A DNA stretch of 64,000 nucleotides from an uncultured delta proteobacterium. Lineage in GTDB: Bacteria; Myxococcota_A; Polyangia; Fen-1088. The stretch's first letter is position 1. Each line of letters starts with the position of its first letter. Shown here one piece after another: positions 18,504-26,623 of this stretch. The notes beneath the pieces were generated by a model. That model saw only the letters and a list, made by a program, of their open reading frames with translations, had not been told where the DNA came from and did not search any database. The stretch covers positions 13,587-77,586 of the forward strand of contig CAWCMR010000012.1 of the NCBI GenBank assembly GCA_963796685.1, read 5' to 3'. A program made the position numbers and the translations under genes.

Positions 18504-19498
18504 AGCCCTCCCACGGATTCCCTGCGCTGCTTGAGTCCTTCTTCGTGGACCATCTCCTGCGCCAGCGTCAAGCAAGTCCACATACAGTGCAGAGCTATCG
18601 CGATACCTTCCGCCTACTGCTGGCCTTCACGAAGCAGCACCTGAAGAAGACTCCCTCGGCGCTCGCACTGGACGACCTCGACACACCAACGATTGGCGCG
18701 TTCCTGGATCACATCGAGAAGGACCGCGGCAACTCTCCGCGCACCCGCAACGCCAGGCTCGCGGCGATCCACTCCTTCTTCCAGTACGCCGCCCTCCAGG
18801 CGCCCGACTACAGCGCCGTCATCCAGAGGGTTCTGGCCATGCAGGGCAAGAAATACGATCGCGAGCTCGTCCACTTCCTGTCCCGGCCCGAGATCGACGC
18901 ACTCCTCGAAGCTCCCGACAAGGCCACATGGTCCGGCCGGCGCGATCGCGCCATGCTCCTTGTGGCCGTTCAGACCGGGCTGCGCGTATCCGAGCTGGCC
19001 GCGCTCAACGTGCAGGACGTGGTCCTCGGACCCGGCGCGTACGTTCACTGCCTCGGCAAGGGCCGCAAGGAACGTTGCACGCCCCTGCGCAAAGAGGCCG
19101 TCTCGGTCCTCCGGGCGTGGCTGCGCGAACGTGCCGCCACCGGGACCGAGCCCCTCTTCCCCAACGCGCGGGGCGGTTTCCTCAGTCGCGACGGCGTCGA
19201 GTACCTGCTCGCGAAACACGTGCAGGTCGCTCGGATCCGCTGCCCCTCGCTGAGGGAGAAGCATGTGTCTCCGCACGTGCTGCGCCACTCGACGGCAATG
19301 GATCTCCTTCAAGCCGGTGTCGACAGCTCGGTGATCGCGCTCTGGCTTGGTCACGAGTCGGTCGAGACCACGCAGATCTACTTCGCTGCCAGTCTCCAGC
19401 TCAAAGAGCGAGCGCTGGCCAAGACAGCACCCTCGGCAGCGCGACCTGCTCGCTTCCACCCCGACGACAAGCTCCTCGCCTTCCTACAGAGCCTTTGA
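18500..19498 (+). CDS. ritC: Inner RIT tyrosine recombinase C
   Basis: GTG 18500 overlaps the ritB stop (GTGA). ...SPHTVQSYRDTFRLLL...GLRVSELAAL...HVLRHSTAMDLL...LGHESVETTQIYFAA. Confidence 0.8.
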   Translation: MKPSHGFPALLESFFVDHLLRQRQASPHTVQSYRDTFRLLLAFTKQHLKKTPSALALDDLDTPTIGAFLDHIEKDRGNSPRTRNARLAAIHSFFQYAALQAPDYSAVIQRVLAMQGKKYDRELVHFLSRPEIDALLEAPDKATWSGRRDRAMLLVAVQTGLRVSELAALNVQDVVLGPGAYVHCLGKGRKERCTPLRKEAVSVLRAWLRERAATGTEPLFPNARGGFLSRDGVEYLLAKHVQVARIRCPSLREKHVSPHVLRHSTAMDLLQAGVDSSVIALWLGHESVETTQIYFAASLQLKERALAKTAPSAARPARFHPDDKLLAFLQSL

Positions 19499-19563
19499 TT
19501 ATGCCGAGTCGCGCACGTAAGCGAACCCGAAGTCCCCGTGATTCCTGCATGCAATGGCGGGCA

Positions 19564-19592
19564 ACTCGGCATAACCGGGGACTCGGCATAAT
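19564..19592. repeat. Inner RIT right terminal inverted repeat
   Basis: Exact reverse complement of 16196-16224. A third motif copy (ttatgccgag) at 19499-19508 follows the ritC stop directly. Confidence 0.9.
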
Positions 19593-19622
19593 GCCGCTTA
19601 TGCCGAGCACGGCATAAGCGGC
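19593..19622. repeat. Perfect 13-bp-stem palindrome (gccgcttatgccg-agca-cggcataagcggc) abutting the inner RIT right IR
   Basis: Read directly. It contains the element motif tatgccg and its complement. Together with the IR tip it also forms ctcggcataa-tgccgc-ttatgccgag. Confidence 0.85.
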
Positions 19623-19624
19623 AC

Positions 19625-19783
19625 ACGGCTGCGACGCGCATGGTTCGCGCGGGAGCCAGTCTCAAGCAGGTAGCGGATGTCCTTCGCCACCGCAGTCTCG
19701 AAACGACTCAGATCTACGCCAAGCTCGACCTGGCCACGCTGGCTGAGGTCGCGCTGCCTTGGCCCGAGGTGGATCATGAGTAG
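19625..19783 (+). pseudogene. ritA: Outer RIT tyrosine recombinase A, 3' portion (catalytic Tyr region)
   Basis: TAATRMVRAGASLKQVADVLRHRSLETTQIYAKLDLATLAEVALPWPEVDHE* continues ...HVLRH from 16197. Confidence 0.75.
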
Positions 19784-20732
19784 CTCACCAACGATGGTGA
19801 ATCTGGCGCAGGAGTATCTCACGCTTCGTCGCCAACTTGGTTACGCCCTTGCTACCCCCGGTCAGTCGCTACTGGCATTCGCTCGTTACGCCGACAGCAT
19901 CAGACACCAAGGTCCAGTCACCATCGACCTCGCCGTGCGATGGGCAAAACTACCTCAAAAAGCCAAGCCGTGCTGGTGGGCCCGACGGCTACAAATCGTC
20001 CGCGGGTTTGCTCAACACCGAAGCCTATTCGAGCCAGGCACGGAGATCCCTCCTGCGGATCTACTCGGTCCCTATTTCCGTCGTAGCACGCCGCACATCT
20101 ACTCGAATGCGGAGATCTGCGCTCTGCTTCGTGCGGCCAAGGACCTCGGACCTGCCGGTGGGCTGCGCTGCCACAGCTACGTGACACTGTTTGGTTTGCT
20201 CATCAGCAGCGGCCTGCGGATCTCGGAGGCGTTGCACCTGCAACGCGACGAGGTGGATTTGCGAAGCGGCGTGCTCACCGTGGCGCGCAGCAAGTTCCGC
20301 AAATCGCGGCTGGTCCCGCTACACCCGTCGACGACGCACGCCCTCGCGAAGTACGCCGAACGCCGGAATCGCTACCATCCAGAAGCAACAGCTCGCACCT
20401 TCTTCATCAACGAGCGTGGCGCGCCCATGGGCTATAGCGGTGTGATCGGCACCTTCACGGACCTGCGTTGCCAGCTCGGTTGGACGAAGAACCGGGAAGG
20501 GCGACGACCCCGGCTGCACGACATGCGGCACACGATGGCCGTGCGCACCCTTTTGCGCTGGTGCCAGCAAGGTGCAGACGTGGACCAAAAGATCCTCGCC
20601 CTATGCACCTACCTGGGCCACGTTGAAGTCACCGATACCTACTGGTACTTGACAGCAGTCCCCGAGCTCATGGCGCTCACGGCTGCACGTTTCCAAGCCT
20701 ACTCGCGCCATCGTTCGAGGAGGGGCCGATGA
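19776..20732 (+). CDS. ritB: Outer RIT tyrosine recombinase B
   Basis: ATG 19776 overlaps the ritA 3' end. MSSSPTMVNLAQEYLTLRRQLGYAL...GLRISEALHL...LHDMRHTMAV...YLGHVEVTDTYWYL. Confidence 0.8.
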   Translation: MSSSPTMVNLAQEYLTLRRQLGYALATPGQSLLAFARYADSIRHQGPVTIDLAVRWAKLPQKAKPCWWARRLQIVRGFAQHRSLFEPGTEIPPADLLGPYFRRSTPHIYSNAEICALLRAAKDLGPAGGLRCHSYVTLFGLLISSGLRISEALHLQRDEVDLRSGVLTVARSKFRKSRLVPLHPSTTHALAKYAERRNRYHPEATARTFFINERGAPMGYSGVIGTFTDLRCQLGWTKNREGRRPRLHDMRHTMAVRTLLRWCQQGADVDQKILALCTYLGHVEVTDTYWYLTAVPELMALTAARFQAYSRHRSRRGR

Positions 20733-21736
20733 AGGCCAACCCTCTGCCCCCAAGCTTCGCGGCGCTGCTGCAGGACTTCTTCTGCAAGCGCATGATCGCC
20801 GAACGCAATTTGAGCGACCAAACCGTGGCGAGCTATCGCGACACATTTCGGCTTCTATTGAAGTATGCCGAACAGCGGATGAGGAAGCCTCCGGAGGCTC
20901 TGACCCTGGCCGATCTGGACGCGCCGGTCATCCTCGGCTTTCCCGACCAGCTTCAGAAGGAGCGTGGTAACTCCGCGCGCACGCGCAACCTCCGCCTGGT
21001 GGCCGTGCGCTCCTTTCTTCGTTACGCCTCCTACCGTGCCCCAGCGGCACTCCCGACGATCCAGCGGGTCCTGGCCATTCCGATGAAACGCTTCGACCGA
21101 CCCCTACTCGGATTCTTGTCGCACGAACAGATGCAGGCCGTCCTCGATGCACCGGATCGAACAACGTGGAGCGGTCAGCGCGATTACGTCATGTTCTCCA
21201 CCTTCTACAACACCGGCGCTCGCGTCTCCGAGATCATTGGCCTGCGCGTGAATGATGTCGAGTTCGACCGCACTGCTGCAGTCCACATTCGGGGCAAGGG
21301 CCGCAAGCAGAGAGTGACCCCGCTCTGGCGGGGCACGGCTCGGCTGCTGCGCGACTGGCTGGTCCGAGCGCATCGAGATGGCGATGCGCCGGTCTTCTCC
21401 AATCGTGCCGGTCGTGCTCTGTCGCGATCAGGTGTTGAGCAACGACTGCGTGTAGCTGTCGCCGTCGCCCAGAAACGCTGCCCTTCGCTGCGGGAACTAT
21501 CGGTATCTCCTCACACACTCAGACACACCACGGCCATGCATCTGCTCCAATCCGGGGTGGATCTGACCGTCATAGCCTTGTGGCTGGGCCACGAGAGCCC
21601 AGAGACAACCCACCATTACATCGAAGCCGATCTCACCATGAAGGAGCGTGCCCTTGCTTCACTTCAGGAGCCTCGTGGTCGATCCCTTCGCTATCGCGCC
21701 AGCGATCGACTCCTGGCCTTCCTTGATGGCCTCTAA
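20729..21736 (+). CDS. ritC: Outer RIT tyrosine recombinase C
   Basis: ATGA overlap with ritB. ...SDQTVASYRDTFRLLL...GARVSEIIGL...HTLRHTTAMHLL...LGHESPETTHHYIEA. A motif copy ctatgctgag at 21737-21746 follows the stop directly. Confidence 0.8.
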   Translation: MKANPLPPSFAALLQDFFCKRMIAERNLSDQTVASYRDTFRLLLKYAEQRMRKPPEALTLADLDAPVILGFPDQLQKERGNSARTRNLRLVAVRSFLRYASYRAPAALPTIQRVLAIPMKRFDRPLLGFLSHEQMQAVLDAPDRTTWSGQRDYVMFSTFYNTGARVSEIIGLRVNDVEFDRTAAVHIRGKGRKQRVTPLWRGTARLLRDWLVRAHRDGDAPVFSNRAGRALSRSGVEQRLRVAVAVAQKRCPSLRELSVSPHTLRHTTAMHLLQSGVDLTVIALWLGHESPETTHHYIEADLTMKERALASLQEPRGRSLRYRASDRLLAFLDGL

Positions 21737-21789
21737 CTATGCTGAGTGTTTTCGCTGTACCAGCTGCGTTTGCAGGGGCATTGATGGCG

Positions 21790-21819
21790 AACTCAGCATA
21801 ATCCGAAACTCAGCATAGG
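21790..21819. repeat. Outer RIT right terminal inverted repeat
   Basis: Exact reverse complement of 14947-14976. Confidence 0.9.
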
Positions 21820-21964
21820 ATGGAGCTTACGCCCCTGGGCGCGACGGCGGTTCGCCCAGGACCAGCCCAAGTCGGCTTGTACCCACGAGGTGGCGAACAT
21901 CAAGGAGATGGTGTTGGCGCCCGAATACCGCCACGTGAACCGTTCTGAGTCTTCTGGCATATAG
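21820..21964 (+). pseudogene. Continuation of the interrupted IS91-family transposase remnant (decayed)
   Basis: Joining 12836-12844 (ctcgatgg) to 21824 onward gives the in-frame reading ...HFHVLHLDG|AYAPGRDGGSP.... Downstream frames decay (RFAQDQPKSACTHEVANIKEMV...). Confidence 0.4.
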
Positions 21965-21990
21965 TCCATTTTACTCATGAGTAAAATGGA
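21965..21990. promoter_or_regulatory. Perfect 26-bp AT-rich palindrome (tccattttactcatgagtaaaatgga) 15 nt upstream of the AAA ATPase start. Candidate operator or element end.
   Basis: Read directly. The 26-mer equals its own reverse complement and is ~31% GC in a ~68% GC context. Confidence 0.5.
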
Positions 21991-22004
21991 GTACTCTCCA
22001 AGCC

Positions 22005-23144
22005 ATGCGGAAACCAAGATCCCTCAAGCCGGCGGTGGAGAAAGCCCTGGCCGGCGGCAAGATGGTCTTCATCGGTGGCCCCAGGCAAGTGGGCAAGACA
22101 ACCCTCGCGCTCTCGCTGCTCGGGCCCCGGGCCACGGAGAGACACCCGGCCTACATGAACTGGGACGATCCGCGTGCGGCGGAACGCCTGCGCCGGGCCG
22201 AGTTGCCGCCCGATCAGCCGCTGCTCGTCTGCGACGAGGTGCACAAGTACGCACGCTGGCGCAACTTGCTCAAGGGCATCTACGACACCGAGAAGTCCTT
22301 CCGTCACATCGTGGTCACCGGCTCCGCGCGGCTCGACTACTACCGCAAGGGCGGCGACTCGCTCGCCAACCGCTACCGCTATTTCCGCCTGCATCCGTTC
22401 TCCCTGCGCGAGCTCCACCCCGAGCCGACGGCCGCACACCTCGACGACCTGCTGCGCTTCGGCGGCTTCCCCGAGCCACTCTTCGGCCGCGACGCGGACG
22501 AGCATCGCATCTGGCAGCGCGACCGACTGGCGCGTGTCGTGCGCGAGGATCTGCGCGATCTGGAACGGGTGCGCGAGGTGAGCTTGGTCGAGCACCTGGT
22601 CGACCTTCTACCTGAGCGCGTGGGCTCGCCGCTCTCGGTGGCCAACCTGCGGCAGGATCTGGAGGTCGATCACAAAACCGCGGAACGCTGGCTGACGATC
22701 CTCGAGCATATGTACGTCTGCTTCCGCCTTGCTCCGTTCGGGCCGCCCCGCGTCCGTGCAGTGAAGAAGGAGAAGAAGCTCTACCTCTGGGACTGGTCGG
22801 CCGTGGCCGATGCCGGCGCGCGTTTCCAGAACCTGGTGGCGTGCCAGCTGCTCAAGTACTGCCACGGGCTGGAGGACACCAAGGGCGTACGCATGGAGCT
22901 GCGCTTCCTGCGTGACACGGATCGGCGCGAGGTCGACTTCGTGGTCCTGCGCGACGGTCGACCGGAATTCGCGGTGGAGTGCAAGAGCGGCGAACGCGCC
23001 ATCGGCCCCTCGCTGGGCTACTTCGCCGAACGTGCCCCCATCCCGCGCTTCTTCCAGGTCCATCGCGGCGACCGCCACTACCAGCGTGGCAGGATCACCG
23101 TGCTGCCCTTCACTCGCTTCTGCACCGATCTCGACATGCCCTGA
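22005..23144 (+). CDS. AAA-family ATPase of the AAA_14/DUF4143 type
   Basis: 379 aa. Walker A is FIGGPRQVGKTTL and Walker B is PLLVCDEVHKY. The C-terminal half resembles a DUF4143/restriction-endonuclease-like fold (EVDFVVLRDGRPEFAVECKSGE). Confidence 0.8.
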   Translation: MRKPRSLKPAVEKALAGGKMVFIGGPRQVGKTTLALSLLGPRATERHPAYMNWDDPRAAERLRRAELPPDQPLLVCDEVHKYARWRNLLKGIYDTEKSFRHIVVTGSARLDYYRKGGDSLANRYRYFRLHPFSLRELHPEPTAAHLDDLLRFGGFPEPLFGRDADEHRIWQRDRLARVVREDLRDLERVREVSLVEHLVDLLPERVGSPLSVANLRQDLEVDHKTAERWLTILEHMYVCFRLAPFGPPRVRAVKKEKKLYLWDWSAVADAGARFQNLVACQLLKYCHGLEDTKGVRMELRFLRDTDRREVDFVVLRDGRPEFAVECKSGERAIGPSLGYFAERAPIPRFFQVHRGDRHYQRGRITVLPFTRFCTDLDMP

Positions 23145-23602
23145 GCAGCGCGGTCGCCAGCAATCGCTCCGCGGGAGGCCGTGGCGGAGGGCGATGCGTG
23201 TCGATTGCGCGATCAGCTTACCCAACAGGACATCGAGGCCATGGTCGAGCGCGCGAGTAAACGCATCCTTGGCTTCCTCCAACAGCGCGGGGTCATCAAT
23301 CTCGCACCGTGACCGCCATCGCACGGCACCGAGGAGGACTTACTTGCCGTTCAATCCTACTGGAGACAGGTGCTCGTCGCGCCAGCGTCAATCACGTCCT
23401 GCGTGCATAGGTACTCCTCCACAGGCGGGGGCGCGAACGAAGAGGCCCACGCCTGGGAAGTGCCCCGGTATTCGGTCACGCCCAGATTCTGGAGGGACTC
23501 GATGTAGTGCCCCATTTTCACCACCCAGTTGCCCGTCGGCATGTTGGCCAATCGCCTCGATGTCGCCGTTCGAGGCGCTCGGCTCCAGACTGGACGACAC
23601 CC

Positions 23603-24400
23603 CTACGGCCGTCGCAACCCGGTGGCGCCATGGAGAAGCAGGTCGCGAACCGCGCCTCTGCGATCGCGGGCCACCGGAACGCGAAGCTCGCGCGGAGGCT
23701 CGTCGCCCACGACCACGACGGTATCTCCGTCCTCGTTCTCGATGGCGCGAACGTGCGCGGTGTGCACCAGCCATTGGCGATGGACGCGCAGGAACTCGCC
23801 GCCCAGCGACGCTTCGATGGCCGCCAGCGACAGGTCGATGTCGAAGCGCCCGCGCGCGGTGTGGACAAACATGAGGCGTTCCGCCGCCTCGAAGGCCCAC
23901 ACCTCTTCCCGCGCAAACAAGACCAGGCCCTTCTTGCTGCGCGCAACGACGCGCTCCGAAACCGCTCGCGGGGCAGTCCGTGCAAGCCGCTGCTGGAGTC
24001 GCACCAGGCAGTCCCTTACCCGATCCTCGTGAATCGGCTTGAGTAGATAGTCCGTCACACCGAGCGCATAGGCCTCGACGGCGTGCTGGGAGAGCGCCGT
24101 GGCCAGTACGAAAAGCGGCGCCCCGGGCGTGCCCGCGAGCGTCCGCACCAGGTGCATACCGGCCTCGTCGGCGTTGTCGCCTTTGGCGTTGCCGAGGTGA
24201 ATGTCCACGAAGGCGACGTCGACGGCGATACCGCCGGGAGCCAGGGCCTGCTGCGCCTCCGCGAGCGTGGCCACCGCCGCCACGACCACGGCCTGCCCCG
24301 ACGCGTGGAGCATCTCGATCAGGTAGTTGCGCGCGGCCCATTCGTCCTCGACCACGAACGCGCGCAACACGCGCGATGTCAGCTCCATCGGCGCGGCCAT
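23603..24400 (-). CDS. LytTR/AlgR-family response regulator
   Basis: 265 aa. Receiver domain (RAFVVEDEWAARNYL...VAFVDIHL). C-terminal LytTR-like domain (FEAAERLMFVHTARGRFDIDLSLAAIE...FLRVHRQWLV). Confidence 0.85.
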   Translation of the reverse strand: MAAPMELTSRVLRAFVVEDEWAARNYLIEMLHASGQAVVVAAVATLAEAQQALAPGGIAVDVAFVDIHLGNAKGDNADEAGMHLVRTLAGTPGAPLFVLATALSQHAVEAYALGVTDYLLKPIHEDRVRDCLVRLQQRLARTAPRAVSERVVARSKKGLVLFAREEVWAFEAAERLMFVHTARGRFDIDLSLAAIEASLGGEFLRVHRQWLVHTAHVRAIENEDGDTVVVVGDEPPRELRVPVARDRRGAVRDLLLHGATGLRRP

Positions 24401-25428
24401 CAGCCTGCCTCCTGCGAACGGGGGATCTCGATGGTGGCACGCGTGCCTTCGGACGAGGAGACTAGGGCCAGGGTGGCGCCCGGGTGGGCGACGCGGATGC
24501 GTTCGCGAACCATGCGCAAGCCAAGTCCTTCCTTGGTCCCAGGGGGTATTCCGGGGCCATTGTCCTCGACCACGAGTTGCAGGGCCTTGTCGACGAAACG
24601 CGCGCGAACAACCACCACGCCTCCCTCATCCCGACATCGCGCGCCGTGCTTGACGGCGTTCTCGATCAAAGGCTGGAGCAGGAGCTTCGGCAGCGCAACG
24701 GCGGTAGTCTCCGGGGCGATATCCCATTCGAAACGGAGAGAGCCGCTGTGCCGCACCTCGAGGATCTCGGCGTAGCGCCGAAGCCATTGGATGTCGGCCT
24801 CGAGCGGACGAATTTCGGGGGACGACTCGAGCGCGTCGCGCAGGAGATCGCCAAGCGCCGCGAGCAGCCGGCGGGCCACGATCGGCTCGTCCACGACGAG
24901 GGCGGCGACGGCGTGGAGGGTATTGAGCAGAAAGTGAGGCTCCAGGCTGGAACGCAGCTGCGCGAGCTCCGCTTCCCGGCGCATGCTTTCGGCGGCGAGG
25001 GTGCGGAGCTTTGCGTCGCGGATGACCGCGGGGAGACGGAAGACGAGCGCCCACAGTCCTCCGACGCCGAGACCGATGGAGATGGCGAGGAGCAACGCAC
25101 GAAGGTGGTTCAGCTCGACGTCGTCGTGTAACCGCACCGCGAGCGCGCCAAAGAGCATGGAGACGAGAGCGCCGGCCACGAGCATCACGGTGCGTCCCGC
25201 ATTCCGATTGCGAAGCCACCCATACCCAAGCGTCAGAACGGCGGCTTGCAGGACCATGACGGCAGACGGAGTCACGGTGTGGCGCCACGACGTACCTTCG
25301 AGGGCGTCACGAAGGGAGTGGGCGGCGGCGGCGCAGGTCACGGCCCCGAACGCAAGAGCAAGATGCCAGGGACGCTCGGCACTCCTGCCCGACGGACAGT
25401 CGGCATCGCTAGCTCTGTTTCGCGGCAT
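24400..25428 (-). CDS. LytS-type sensor histidine kinase
   Basis: Start placed at ATG 25428. Several TM helices are followed by a His_kinase box (LEPHFLLNTLHAVAALV) and an HATPase_c domain (LLLQPLIENAVKHG...VEDNGPGIP). The stop overlaps the regulator start (ATGA). Confidence 0.8.
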   Translation of the reverse strand: MPRNRASDADCPSGRSAERPWHLALAFGAVTCAAAAHSLRDALEGTSWRHTVTPSAVMVLQAAVLTLGYGWLRNRNAGRTVMLVAGALVSMLFGALAVRLHDDVELNHLRALLLAISIGLGVGGLWALVFRLPAVIRDAKLRTLAAESMRREAELAQLRSSLEPHFLLNTLHAVAALVVDEPIVARRLLAALGDLLRDALESSPEIRPLEADIQWLRRYAEILEVRHSGSLRFEWDIAPETTAVALPKLLLQPLIENAVKHGARCRDEGGVVVVRARFVDKALQLVVEDNGPGIPPGTKEGLGLRMVRERIRVAHPGATLALVSSSEGTRATIEIPRSQEAG

Positions 25429-25957
25429 CGTCGCAGTGTACCCATGATTCGAGTCCGCGCGCCATTCGGTGCCAGCGGTGCCCCACATGGTGCACGGCCA
25501 ACACCAGCGCCACCAGCGCCACGATATGGTGGACCTCGACCACGTGGTGCCGCGCGGGGTACAGCCATCCGAACGGGACCGGGCCCTCGATCGGCGCCGA
25601 GCCACTGACGAAGAACCAAGCGACGATTCCGGTCAGCGCGGCCGTCCAGAAGGTCCCATACAGAACCAGCTCCGGAACCGCGCGGGCTTGGCTCTTTCGA
25701 GCAAAGCCATTGCGAAGCCGTGACCTGAATGCTCGCCCGTTGAGGATGAGGTGAAGACCGAGAACGGCCACCAGCAGCAGTGCCGGCAGCCGGTGTAGGT
25801 TCAGCCAGGCGAGGCGAGTGAGGCCGAGCGCGGACGTGCGAAAGGCGCCCCCGCCCATGTGGAAGCGGAGGAACAGAACCAGCCCGCTCGCGAATGTCAG
25901 GAATGCCGTGGCAAGGAGGACGACATCGACGAGGAGTCTGAAATGATTGCGGTGCAT
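25409..25957 (-). CDS. Small polytopic membrane protein (DUF4405/cytochrome b-like, His-rich)
   Basis: Start placed at ATG 25957 (MHRNHFRLLVDVVLLATAFL...). Four hydrophobic helices. HHVVEVHHIVALVALVLAVHHVGH. It overlaps the kinase start by 20 nt. Confidence 0.6.
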   Translation of the reverse strand: MHRNHFRLLVDVVLLATAFLTFASGLVLFLRFHMGGGAFRTSALGLTRLAWLNLHRLPALLLVAVLGLHLILNGRAFRSRLRNGFARKSQARAVPELVLYGTFWTAALTGIVAWFFVSGSAPIEGPVPFGWLYPARHHVVEVHHIVALVALVLAVHHVGHRWHRMARGLESWVHCDDAAKQS

Positions 25958-26079
25958 TCCCAGATGGTAGGAGGCTTTGCCGGGAGCTGGGGCGCCTAGC
26001 CGACGAGCCGTGCATTCCTTCGGACGAACCGGGTGGAATAGGCCCGCAAGGAGGTGACCTGCAGAAGCCTCCGTCGCTC

Positions 26080-26358
26080 TCAGAACTGTCCGCGCAACCA
26101 TAGGCTGGCGCCGTCGGGACCGGCCGAGAGCACCGGGACCAGCGAACCGGCCAAGCTATCGTCGCGCTCGTCGCTCCGGGAATCGGCTGGAGCCGCGAGA
26201 AGAAGGGTGACCCCGACGCCCGCCAAGGCTGTTCCGGCGGCGGCGCCGATGATGCCACCCAAACGCAGGTTCTTGTACTTGTCGACCCGATGCGATTCAA
26301 GACATTTGGCTTGGGGAGCGCTCGCCGGCCCGGCCGAACCGGCCCCGAGCCTCGGCAC
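26080..26358 (-). CDS. Hypothetical protein C-terminus (TM segment, terminal ...LWLRGQF). Probably part of a longer gene with unresolved frame and start.
   Basis: 92-aa ORF. Coding-like sequence continues upstream in other frames up to ~26620. Confidence 0.3.
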   Translation of the reverse strand: MPRLGAGSAGPASAPQAKCLESHRVDKYKNLRLGGIIGAAAGTALAGVGVTLLLAAPADSRSDERDDSLAGSLVPVLSAGPDGASLWLRGQF

Positions 26359-26623
26359 GGATGGGAAGCTGTACTGCGGAACCAGTCCTGGCGGCTCGAC
26401 GCAAGATCCGTTCCTCCAGCACCGAGGTCGGGCGAGGCATCCAGCTTCTCCAGTCTTGATTCGCCACCCGACGCGAGCAGCACCTTTCCACTCGGCAACA
26501 GCGCGGACCGGATCCGCGCAACGACGAGCGCATCCTCAAAGCCCTGACCGAGACGGGCAAGCTGGTGCCCTGATGGGGCTTGTCCCTCGCCACGGCCTTT
26601 CGCTTGCGCGGCTGCGCCGCAAA

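Larger units (their letters stand above)
16196..19592 (+). mobile_element. Inner RIT element nested inside outer ritA. It has three tandem tyrosine recombinases and 29-bp perfect inverted repeats.
   Basis: IR-L is attatgccgagtccccggttatgccgagt (16196-16224). Its exact reverse complement lies at 19564-19592. The inner and outer RitB proteins are clearly homologous but diverged (roughly half identical by eye). Confidence 0.8.
14947..21819 (+). mobile_element. Outer recombinase-in-trio (RIT) element. It has three tandem tyrosine recombinase genes bounded by 30-bp perfect inverted repeats, and its ritA is interrupted by a second RIT.
   Basis: IR-L is cctatgctgagtttcggattatgctgagtt (14947-14976). 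Its exact reverse complement lies at 21790-21819. Gene order is ritA(split)-ritB-ritC with ATGA overlaps. Confidence 0.8.

Noticed and set aside
23357-23551. 64-aa minus-strand ORF (MANMPTGNWVVKMGHYIESLQNLGVTEYRG...) in a lower-GC patch between the ATPase and the LytTR gene
   Set aside because: The composition is protein-like, so it may be a remnant of some C-terminal domain. It has no recognisable family, no upstream in-frame coding continuation and no RBS. I could not support it as a gene.
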